Shown piece by piece: positions 9,417 to 17,813 of a stretch of DNA of 64,000 bases. The position numbers and the translations under genes were made by a program. How positions within the stretch are numbered: the stretch's first letter is position 1; each line of letters begins with the position of its first letter. The notes beneath the pieces are model-generated. The model was not told the origin of the DNA and did no database searches. It was given only the letters and a program-made list of their open reading frames with translations. The DNA comes from Candidatus Latescibacterota bacterium (GTDB lineage Bacteria; Latescibacterota; UBA2968; SICM01). The DNA lies in assembly GCA_965217865.1 (NCBI GenBank), contig CBDCJO010000001.1, positions 1 to 64,000 on the forward strand. Reading direction: 5' to 3'.

Positions 9417-10859
9417 ATGGGACGCTTACACGGAACCATCATCGATGCGGATTCGAACGAGCCAATCGATGCCAAAGTGCACGTTCTCGATTCAATGGGA
9501 AACTTTGTCCATCCCTCCGCAGCGCTGTTGAAACGGGGTCCCGGAACCCCCTTCTTTTTCTCAAACGGCGAATTCGAAGTCAGCGTCCCTCGGGGTCGAA
9601 CCGATGTCCTGATAGAGAGGGGCACGGAATACGAACCCGCCCGATCCGTCGTGAACCTGCCCGAGAAAGGCACGATGGATATCCGGTTCCCCCTCAAGCG
9701 CTGGCACTATCCTCAGGAGGAGAACTGGTACCCGGGGAACACCCACATTCACTATGACGAAAAAGAGACCCGTCCGGATGAACGCCTTGGCGTGGACTGC
9801 AGCGTCGAAGGTTATAACGTCACCGTCGTCAGCGTCCTGGATCGTCGCCAACTCCCTTATGCCAGCAACAAGTACCCGATCGGTGTGATGAACGAGTTCA
9901 CCACCGCGCATCACGTTCTGGATATCGGAGAGGAGAACCGGCATTACGGTGAAAAGTCCCCCTGGGGTTTCGGTTACGGACACGTGATGTTTCTGAATAT
10001 CCGGAACCTGATCCAGCCGGTCAGCCGGGGTCATATCCTGACGGCGCAATTCGATCCCGACTATCCGCCCCTTTGCTCTTGCTGCGACGATGCTCACGGT
10101 CAGGACGGACTCGTGATCTGGTGTCACAACGGTCGGGGCATGGAAGCGCCCGTTGCGGCGGCCCTCGGAAAGCTGGATGCCTTCAACCTGTTCGATCCTT
10201 ATTGGATGGATCCCGAGTACGATATCTGGTATCGCCTCCTCAACTGCGGCATCCGCCTGCCCGCTTCGACGGGGACAGACTGGTTCATCTGCTCCAACAA
10301 TCGCGTCTACGTGAACACAAAAAGGGAATTCTCCTACGCCGATTGGATTGAGGGAATGAAGGCCGGTTACACTTTTATCACCAATGGTCCGTCCATCGAT
10401 TTTCAGGTGAATGACCGACGGATGGGCGAGACATTGCAACTGGACAGCGGGGGGAGGTTGGAGACCGAAACCGGTTTTCGCTCCTTCTACCCGATCGAAT
10501 GCCTCGAGTTGATCATCAACGGATCCGTTGTACATCGAGAGGAATGGCCCGAGGGTCGCCGGGAGGGTTCGATACGGCACCCCGTCGAAGTCGCACGTGA
10601 CGGTTGGATCGCCGCGCGTCTCTGGGGCAATGCCCGGGACAGCTTCGACCACGCCGTCTACGCCCACAGCAGCCCGATCTACTTCGAGTGTGGAAGACCG
10701 CCCTCCGAGCGGCCGGAAGCCGCCCGGTTCTTCCTGGACGCAATCGACGAGTCTCTCAAGTGGATCGATGTTGTGGGACGCTATAACGATGACGGCCAGC
10801 GAGCCGAGGTAAAAGCGCTCTTTCGTCGCGGCCGGGATGTCTACGCCGGGCTGGTTTGA
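9417..10859 (+). CDS. CehA/McbA-like PHP-fold metallohydrolase
   Basis: IERGTEY, WYPGNTHIH, GEENR..GH, WYRLLNCG..STGTD, TFITNGP, AHSSPIY. Confidence 0.75.
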   Translation: MGRLHGTIIDADSNEPIDAKVHVLDSMGNFVHPSAALLKRGPGTPFFFSNGEFEVSVPRGRTDVLIERGTEYEPARSVVNLPEKGTMDIRFPLKRWHYPQEENWYPGNTHIHYDEKETRPDERLGVDCSVEGYNVTVVSVLDRRQLPYASNKYPIGVMNEFTTAHHVLDIGEENRHYGEKSPWGFGYGHVMFLNIRNLIQPVSRGHILTAQFDPDYPPLCSCCDDAHGQDGLVIWCHNGRGMEAPVAAALGKLDAFNLFDPYWMDPEYDIWYRLLNCGIRLPASTGTDWFICSNNRVYVNTKREFSYADWIEGMKAGYTFITNGPSIDFQVNDRRMGETLQLDSGGRLETETGFRSFYPIECLELIINGSVVHREEWPEGRREGSIRHPVEVARDGWIAARLWGNARDSFDHAVYAHSSPIYFECGRPPSERPEAARFFLDAIDESLKWIDVVGRYNDDGQRAEVKALFRRGRDVYAGLV

Positions 10860-10916
10860 AAGAATTCAAGCGAGGAACTAAAAATCGCCGATTACCCAGA
10901 AAGCAAGGAGGACGAA

Positions 10917-12089
10917 GTGGCAGATGATCAGAAGCCTTACCCGGAGGCCCCCCCGATCCCCGCGAACACCGATTTTCCAAAGGGCCTGGATGTGTGGGTA
11001 CGGGGAACCGGGAACTACAATAACTATCGGATTCCGGCGCTGCTGGTCACGAAGAAGGGAACCCTCCTCGCCTTTTGCGAAGGTCGAAGCGGAGGAGACA
11101 CCAGTGACGTCGACATGCTCGTTAAGTGCTCAGAAGATGGCGGGGCCACCTGGAGTGAGGAGAAAATCATCTGGGGTGACCCGGGCAATGTCTCCGGGAA
11201 TCCATGCCCTGTCGTAGACGAGGATACCGGCACGATCTGGTTTCCGATGACCTGGAACCACGTCGAAGACCATCAGCCGAAGATTATGGACGGCACCGCA
11301 AAGTATTCCCGCCTGCCCTACATGACCTGTTCCATGGATGACGGGCTGACCTGGGCCCCGGCCGAAAATATCGCGAAAGAGACAAAGCATCCGGACTGGC
11401 GTTGGTACGGGACGGGTCCCGGTGTAGGAATACAGTTGAAAAGAGGCCCGTGCTCGGGTCGTCTGGTCATTCCGTGCAACCACAGCGCCGTCTATCCATA
11501 CAATCCGGAGGGATACGGCTGTCATATTATGTACAGCGACGATCACGGCGGCACTTGGAAATACGGGGCGGCGGTTGAAGGCATTGCCGAGTCCCAGGCG
11601 GCGGAATTGACCGACGGGAGAATCCTCCTCCACGGGCGAAACCAGGGGCCGGTTTCCCTGCATAAAAAAGGCTTCACCTATGGACTGGACGGCGGCCTGG
11701 TCTGGGCCCCTTTGCGTTTCGACCCGAACCTTACCGAGCCCAAATGCCAATCGAGCCTCATTCGCTATACTTGGCCGGAGGACGGTGGGAAAAGCCGCCT
11801 CCTCTTCGCTAACCCCGCGGGCACGGTTCTGGGCGGCGCGGGGAAGTTATGGCGCGAGAAACTCGTGGTCCGGTTGAGCTACGACGAAGGGACAACCTGG
11901 TCCGTGTCGAAGCTGCTCGACCCGCGCCCCTCGGGCTATTCCTGCTTGGCGGCGCTCCCCGACGGCGATCTCGCCTGCATTTACGAAGCAGGAGAGGAAC
12001 GCTATGCGGACAGAGACAACTGCGGTCTCGCCTTCAGGCGGTTCTCGCTCGAATGGCTGACCGACGGGGAGGACAGCTTCAAGCGCTGA
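10917..12089 (+). CDS. Sialidase family (GH33, BNR repeat) protein
   Basis: YRIP motif; Asp-boxes SEDGGATW, SMDDGLTW, SDDHGGTW, SYDEGTTW; terminal YS..YE. Confidence 0.9.
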   Translation: MADDQKPYPEAPPIPANTDFPKGLDVWVRGTGNYNNYRIPALLVTKKGTLLAFCEGRSGGDTSDVDMLVKCSEDGGATWSEEKIIWGDPGNVSGNPCPVVDEDTGTIWFPMTWNHVEDHQPKIMDGTAKYSRLPYMTCSMDDGLTWAPAENIAKETKHPDWRWYGTGPGVGIQLKRGPCSGRLVIPCNHSAVYPYNPEGYGCHIMYSDDHGGTWKYGAAVEGIAESQAAELTDGRILLHGRNQGPVSLHKKGFTYGLDGGLVWAPLRFDPNLTEPKCQSSLIRYTWPEDGGKSRLLFANPAGTVLGGAGKLWREKLVVRLSYDEGTTWSVSKLLDPRPSGYSCLAALPDGDLACIYEAGEERYADRDNCGLAFRRFSLEWLTDGEDSFKR

Positions 12090-12189
12090 AGCAATATATT
12101 GGATCAGGGTCCAGGCACTGCCTCTTCAATTCAGGATAGTTTTGACGAACACACAAAATTCGATCGGGTGTCAGACCTAGCCCCCTGCG

Positions 12190-12594
12190 CCCCCTTCCCT
12201 AAAGGGAAGGGGGATATCGCTTTTTATTATAGCTAAACTCAAACATATGATTTTCCCTCTCCTTCAGGGAGGGTCCTATATCAAGTAAAATCATTGCCGA
12301 ACTGAAAATAGGACTGGAAAAGTTCAGCGTTCGAAAGAACCCCTTCCGCAGCGACTGAGTGTTAAGGGAATCATAAACCAAAATGAATATATCCTGAGCG
12401 GAGTTCCGCGTTTTTGCGGAACGCAGTCGAAGGACCGACCCTGAGCGGAACGAAGTGAAGTCGGTCCGGTGGAAAAACAAGGCAAGCCTCTCGGACCTGG
12501 TCCGCCGGAGAGTCCGTTTGAATTTCGAGCTTAAAAAGGCGAAGTTGTTCTCGTTTAGCTTTAATGCGTAGGGGCACACCGACGGTGTGCCCCT
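12190..12594. repeat. Cluster of REP-like palindromes of several families
   Basis: CCCCCTTCCCT-aa-AGGGAAGGGGG at 12190-12213; CCTGAGCGGA..GTCG-type units at 12393-12464; GTAGGGGCACACC-gac-GGTGTGCCCCT at 12568-12594. Confidence 0.7.
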
Positions 12595-12600
12595 GAAGTA

Positions 12601-13154
12601 AACCACCCCGCCCAAAGGGCGGGGCATTAACCACTCCCATCCCCAAACAGATCCAACTGTAGGGGCCCTCTCTGCTCTTGACGATGATACCGAATATATT
12701 GCTCAATCACTTCAGAAGTCACCTTGTCGCCTACGGTGCGGGCAAAATAACCATCTTCCCAGAATTCTCCACCCCATAACTCCCGTTTCACCTCTGGATG
12801 TTCTCGGAAGACCCCGCTGCCCGAAATACTCTTCAAAATGCCCACTACCCTAGAAATCGAATACCGGGGAGGAAACGACAAGAAAATATGCACATGATCT
12901 TCGGCCACTTCCATCTCTTGGATGTCAAAACCAAAATCCTCTGCTATCCGATGAAACAGCTTGCCCACATACTCTCGAAGGTCACCTCGCAAAATCCATT
13001 TCCGATACTTCGGTGCCCATACCAGATGATACTGGCTATCATAGACTGCGTGACTGGTCCGTCGGAGTCCCATCGTATGCCTCCTGAGTCGATATGAGTC
13101 TCAGTGGTCTGCACACGATAAGACAGCCTTTTAGCTTGCCTTCGGCAAGCTAAA
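12601..13154 (-). mobile_element. IS200/IS605-family element (tnpA only), approximate ends
   Basis: tnpA bracketed by hairpins CCCCGCCC-aaa-GGGCGGGG (12606-12624) and TTTAGCTTGCC-ttc-GGCAAGCTAAA (13130-13154). Confidence 0.75.
12627..13073 (-). CDS. tnpA: IS200/IS605 HUH transposase TnpA
   Basis: YHLVWAPKYR, DHVHIF (HUH), FWEDGYFARTVG, catalytic YI. Confidence 0.95.
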   Translation of the reverse strand: MGLRRTSHAVYDSQYHLVWAPKYRKWILRGDLREYVGKLFHRIAEDFGFDIQEMEVAEDHVHIFLSFPPRYSISRVVGILKSISGSGVFREHPEVKRELWGGEFWEDGYFARTVGDKVTSEVIEQYIRYHRQEQRGPLQLDLFGDGSG

Positions 13155-13284
13155 CTTTTCCTCCCCTTCCAAAGGAAGGGGTATCCAAGTCCAAATACTT
13201 TCATGAAACCCCCCTCGATTCAGCCCCTCATATCTTCCGCAAATTTGCAATTTTCATTTTGCATTTTCCACCTTTCATTTCCCG

Positions 13285-14973
13285 TTATGCCCGGAACAGT
13301 TCCCCCATCCGTCGCCCCATAAACTTCCCCGCCAGGAAGAGGCTAAGCCCCAGCAGGATCATTCCCAGAACCCCCATTGCGCTCGCGATATAGGGCCCGT
13401 CGGAGATTCTGCCGAGGAGTTCGTAGATCGCCTTCGTGATCGGATAATACTGAGACTTGAGGGCGAGAATCAGGCTGTCGCTCACCTCCAGCATAGCGAA
13501 AGCGAAACAGAGGACGCCCCCGGCCACCAGGTTGGCTATCATCAGAGGAAAGGTGATCTTGAGGACGGTCCGGGCGGGACTGGCCCCCACATTTTGAGAG
13601 GCCTCTTCGAGCACAACGCTGGTCTGCTGAAAGCCTGCATAGGCCGACCGGACCATGTAGGGAAGCCGGCGCACCGCATAGCTGATCACCAGGAGAGGGA
13701 CGGGGTTATCCCGGGCGTCCAAAAAGGTCCCGGAATAACCCGCGAGATATCCGAATGCCAGGACAAGACCGGGAAGAGCAAGGGGGAGCATCGCCAGGAC
13801 ATCGATGATTCCCTTTCCAGGGATGCGCGTACGCGACAGGAGATACGCGATGGTCACTCCAAGCACGACGTCCGTGAGCGTACTCAGGAGACTCAGGAAA
13901 AAACTCATCTTCACACTCGACAGCGCAAGTTCGTGGGTGAAGACCAGACCGTAGAATTTCGAGGTGGTGGCTTCCGGAAGGACCGTCATGAACCACCGGG
14001 CGGAGATGGAGGTCAACACGACGCTGATGTGAGGCAGGAGGGCAAGGGCGGTCAGCCCCAGGGTGAAGCCGTAGATCAGGAGGGTCTTGCGAAAAGAGGC
14101 CTTGACGGCCGCAGAGGCCACAGGACCCCGTGCGATCATCTCGTACCGGCGTCCCCCGAGAAATCTCTTGGAAAGATAGAAGAGGATGACAGTCAGGACC
14201 AGGACCAGGACGACCTCTGCGTAGGCCATCGGGTTTTCATTGATGTCCGAGATGGCATTGAAGATATCCACGGCCACGACCCTGCGGTAACCGAAGACCA
14301 GGGGCGTCCCGAGGTCTGTAAAAGCCCAGATGAAAACGATGATCGCCCCCGCGAAATATCCCGGAAGCATCAATGGAAAAGTGACGGTGCGGAACAGACG
14401 AAAACCGGACGCCCCCATATTTCTTCCCGCTTCTTCGAGCGATGGGTCGACATTGGCCAATGCGGCGGCCACATTGAGGTACATGATCGGGTAGAGATGG
14501 AGGACCTCGAGGATCACCACTCCGACAAACCCACCGCCGCCAAACCAGTCGATCGGCGTATCGATAAGGCCCAACTTGAGCAGAAGCAGGTTGATCGACC
14601 CGAAGCGGGCAAACATCTGTTTCATGCCGATGGCCCCCACGAAGGGCGGGAGAACCATCGGGACGAGCATCAATCCATTCAAAAACCCTTTCCCGGGAAA
14701 CTGGTTTCGAACGAGCAGGAAGGCGAGGGGAAGCGACAGGAGGGTTGTTGCAATCGTGGTGACGACGCCAAGCCGGAGACTGTTGAAAATCGCTTCACGT
14801 TGCGCGGGATTCGTTGCCATCAGACGGAAGAAAAGCGTCGAGAACTCTCCCTTGACAACGAATGCGCTCGTGAAGACGTACCAGAGGGGATAGATCAGGA
14901 AAAAAAAGAAGAATGTGGACAGCCCGATAAGAAAAACGAACCGTGTGGGGGTGAGATCGTATTTCCGAATCAT
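13285..14973 (-). CDS. Fe3+/thiamine-type ABC transporter permease (FbpB-like, two TM modules)
   Basis: Two EAA loops (LEEAGRNMGAS, LEEASQNVGAS); many TM helices. Confidence 0.85.
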   Translation of the reverse strand: MIRKYDLTPTRFVFLIGLSTFFFFFLIYPLWYVFTSAFVVKGEFSTLFFRLMATNPAQREAIFNSLRLGVVTTIATTLLSLPLAFLLVRNQFPGKGFLNGLMLVPMVLPPFVGAIGMKQMFARFGSINLLLLKLGLIDTPIDWFGGGGFVGVVILEVLHLYPIMYLNVAAALANVDPSLEEAGRNMGASGFRLFRTVTFPLMLPGYFAGAIIVFIWAFTDLGTPLVFGYRRVVAVDIFNAISDINENPMAYAEVVLVLVLTVILFYLSKRFLGGRRYEMIARGPVASAAVKASFRKTLLIYGFTLGLTALALLPHISVVLTSISARWFMTVLPEATTSKFYGLVFTHELALSSVKMSFFLSLLSTLTDVVLGVTIAYLLSRTRIPGKGIIDVLAMLPLALPGLVLAFGYLAGYSGTFLDARDNPVPLLVISYAVRRLPYMVRSAYAGFQQTSVVLEEASQNVGASPARTVLKITFPLMIANLVAGGVLCFAFAMLEVSDSLILALKSQYYPITKAIYELLGRISDGPYIASAMGVLGMILLGLSLFLAGKFMGRRMGELFRA

Positions 14974-14994
14974 TGGATGAGGAGTTTCGGGTGC

Positions 14995-15912
14995 TCAGAA
15001 GACGCTGAAATCGAAGTACCTCTTTGGATTTTTCTTGATGTCCACCAGCAGACTGTCCAGCCCAGCCAACGTGTTGCGCATCCCTTCGTAGAGTTTCTCG
15101 TCGTGAACGAGCTTGCCTATGGTTCCGTCGCCCTGTCTGATTTTTTCCGTGATGGCCCGGAGGTTTTCAGATGTCCTCCTCATCGAACCCGTTGCAGCTC
15201 CCAGTTCGCTTGTAACGCTGTCCAGTCTGGACGAGGTCTTTGCGAACGCATCCAGGATCTGTTTGACGTCCCTCCGGCTCTCCCCGATCAGCCCTTTTGC
15301 ATCCCCCGTTGCCCCATCGAGGGAGTCCAGGATTGTGCCCAGGGGGTCTCGGCTCTCAGAAAGGATCTTGTGCAGAGACGCGGTGGCGCTGTCGAGGGAC
15401 GCAAAGGTGGAATGGATCCGGCGAATGCTCTTGTCGCTGAACATCCCCGTGTTCGGATCGACCAGGCGTCCCGTCAGTCGACTGAGCTCAGGTGCCAGGC
15501 TCTCGAATCCCGCGGAGGTCCTTCCCTTCACATAGGACTCCGTCTCGATCATCTCCGGGCTGTCCCCAATCTCAATGTCCACCACGAAGCCTCCTAACAG
15601 GCTCTCGCTTTTCAGGCCGAACCTGGAATCCTCCGGCAGACCCTTCGGAAAGCCCCATATCGAGGCGTAGGCGGAGGGTTTCCCGTTGTGGAGTTCCGTC
15701 TCGATCACCTTTCCCACCTGGAGACCTCCGACGTTGACGTGATCCCCGCGGTGGAGACCGCCAATGTCATCGAACACAATGTGGATCCGGTAACTTCCAG
15801 TCCTAATATTCAAACGGGAACTCAACCACGTCACCCCTAAGACGAGGCAAACAAGGGCTACAAACACAACAAAGCCCAGGATGATTTCCATGTCACGCTG
15901 CTTCATAGCCAT
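14995..15912 (-). CDS. mlaD: MlaD/MCE family protein
   Basis: N-terminal TM, GLHRGDHVNVGGLQVGKV, helical region, GTIGKLVHDEKLY..DIKKNPKRYF. Confidence 0.85.
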   Translation of the reverse strand: MAMKQRDMEIILGFVVFVALVCLVLGVTWLSSRLNIRTGSYRIHIVFDDIGGLHRGDHVNVGGLQVGKVIETELHNGKPSAYASIWGFPKGLPEDSRFGLKSESLLGGFVVDIEIGDSPEMIETESYVKGRTSAGFESLAPELSRLTGRLVDPNTGMFSDKSIRRIHSTFASLDSATASLHKILSESRDPLGTILDSLDGATGDAKGLIGESRRDVKQILDAFAKTSSRLDSVTSELGAATGSMRRTSENLRAITEKIRQGDGTIGKLVHDEKLYEGMRNTLAGLDSLLVDIKKNPKRYFDFSVF

Positions 15913-16656
15913 CTAAATTTCTCCATTCACAAAACGCCTGATGATATCCTCCTCGCTCGTTTGGATCTCATCAGGCGTTCCTTGAAATTTGATGTCCCCC
16001 TCGTAGAGCAAGGCGACCTTTTCCGAAATGCGAAGCGTGAAGGACATATCGTGGGTGACCACAATCGAAGTGATATCGATCTGTCCCTGAATCTCCAGGA
16101 TCATGTCACCCACCACATTCGTGGTCTTCGGATCGAGGCCCGTGGTGGGCTCGTCATACAAAATGACGGACGGGCCCATAGCAATCGCCCGGGCCAGGGC
16201 CACCCGCTTCCGCATACCGCCTGAAAGCTCGCTCGGCCACAGTCCCTCCACACCGCTCATATTAACTCTGCCCAAACATTCGGCCACTCGGTCCCGAATG
16301 TACCCCTCATCCATCTTGGTATGCATTCGCAGGCCGAAGGCCACGTTCTCGAAGACCGACATCGAATCGAACAGAGCAGAAGACTGGAAAAGAACGCCGA
16401 TCTTTTTCCGGACCTCCTGGATATCCCGCCTGCCGAGCTGTCCCACGTTCTGTCCCAGTACCCACACCTCGCCTGAATCCGCCTTCAACACTCCGATGAT
16501 ATGTTTCAACAGAACGCTCTTCCCGCAGCCGCTGGGACCGAGGATTGTCGTGACCTTCCCCTTAGGGACAGAAAGATTCAAGCCCCGCAGGACATGGTTC
16601 TCCTCGAAGGACTTGTGGACCTCATCGAATCGGATTGCTTCGCCGTTGGAAATCAT
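15913..16656 (-). CDS. mlaF: Mla-type ABC transporter ATPase
   Basis: GPSGCGKS, FQSSALFDSM, LSGGMRKRVALARA, YDEPTTGLDP. Confidence 0.9.
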   Translation of the reverse strand: MISNGEAIRFDEVHKSFEENHVLRGLNLSVPKGKVTTILGPSGCGKSVLLKHIIGVLKADSGEVWVLGQNVGQLGRRDIQEVRKKIGVLFQSSALFDSMSVFENVAFGLRMHTKMDEGYIRDRVAECLGRVNMSGVEGLWPSELSGGMRKRVALARAIAMGPSVILYDEPTTGLDPKTTNVVGDMILEIQGQIDITSIVVTHDMSFTLRISEKVALLYEGDIKFQGTPDEIQTSEEDIIRRFVNGEI

Positions 16657-16679
16657 AGCAAAAAAAACAGAATCCAGAC

Positions 16680-16810
16680 TTCATTGAATATTGAATATCG
16701 GAAAATTGAATATTTAAAAAACACAGGGCTTTCTTGCGTCAGTGGATCTCTTTGATCTTCAATCTTCAATATCTTCAATCTTCAATTCCCCCCCCGACCT
16801 CTGACCCCTG
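16680..16810. repeat. Intergenic composite repeat, copy 2
   Basis: TTCATTGAATATTGAATATCGGAAAATTGAATATTT..CAGGGCTTTCTTG..GGATCTCTTTGATC(TTCAATC)n. Confidence 0.85.
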
Positions 16811-16834
16811 GGGTGGAAGGGAGTGGAGGGCTTT

Positions 16835-17611
16835 TCATATCTTTATCAAAGTATCCGTAATGAAATAATCCGAGATCAGAATCATCGACGAAGAGATCAC
16901 CACCGAGGTGGTGGCCGCGGTGCCCACCCCGGCCGCCCCCCCCTTTGTCTCAAGACCCATGTATGACCCGGTGAAGGTGATCAATATGCCGTAGACCATG
17001 GCCTTAACGAGCCCCACAAACACATCATAACCATAAAAATCGAGGTGCATCCCCTTTATAAAATCGTTCGGGCTGAGCCCCATCGAGAGGACGGAGACCG
17101 AAAATCCCCCGCTGATGGCAACCACCTCCGAGAAGATGACCAGGACCGGAACCATCACGAGCCCACCCAGGACACGCGGCATCATCAAGTAGCCCACCGG
17201 ATCGACTGCGAGAGACTGAAGGGCATCTACCTGTTCGGAAACCTTCATTGTCCCGATTTCCGAAGCGATACCGGCCCCCACCCTGCCCGCAATGACCAAG
17301 GCCATCAGCGTAGGAGAAAGCTCCAGAACGGTCGACTTGACAACGATCGATCCCACCATGAAGCGTGGCACATAGTCGGACATCTGATAGGCCGTCTGGA
17401 TGGAGATGGCCATCCCCGTGAACACCGAGATCAGGCACACCAGAGGCAGGGTCTCGACGCCGATCCAGTAAAATTGCTGGATAACCTGCCTCCGATAGAA
17501 ATAGACGTTTCGTAACTCCAGGACGATCGCCCGGAAATAAGTCCACATCTTGTACAGATTAACGAAAAATATGATGGTACCCCGGCCGATCGATTTAAAC
17601 AGATTGTTCAT
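16835..17611 (-). CDS. mlaE: MlaE family ABC permease
   Basis: ELSPTL..AGRVGAGIASEIGTMKVSEQVDAL..GGAAGVG. Confidence 0.9.
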   Translation of the reverse strand: MNNLFKSIGRGTIIFFVNLYKMWTYFRAIVLELRNVYFYRRQVIQQFYWIGVETLPLVCLISVFTGMAISIQTAYQMSDYVPRFMVGSIVVKSTVLELSPTLMALVIAGRVGAGIASEIGTMKVSEQVDALQSLAVDPVGYLMMPRVLGGLVMVPVLVIFSEVVAISGGFSVSVLSMGLSPNDFIKGMHLDFYGYDVFVGLVKAMVYGILITFTGSYMGLETKGGAAGVGTAATTSVVISSSMILISDYFITDTLIKI

Positions 17612-17773
17612 CCGATTCCATCATCCAGTCAAGGGTCGAAGGATAAAGCTTTTGTAACTTTCTCGTAAACCACTGGTTTTTCTGAACCCAGATAGGATAA
17701 TATACAAATTGAGCTTCGGTCGATCAAGGATTCAATCGAGTCCTGATAGCCGGAAAAGGTTTTACACGTTCGC

Positions 17774-17802
17774 TTGACAAGTCACAGGCCATTTTACATA
17801 TT
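17774..17802 (+). promoter_or_regulatory. Putative sigma70 promoter
   Basis: TTGACA-17 nt-CATATT upstream of the kinase-PdxA gene. Confidence 0.45.
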
Positions 17803-17813
17803 CCTTCCGGTCA

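Noticed and set aside
12199-12627. Possible tnpB or cargo ORF downstream of tnpA
   Set aside because: No RuvC or zinc-finger motifs; the region consists of palindromic repeats.
13594-15597. 667-aa plus-strand ORF
   Set aside because: Antisense shadow of the permease and mlaD in GC-rich DNA, with no recognisable motifs.
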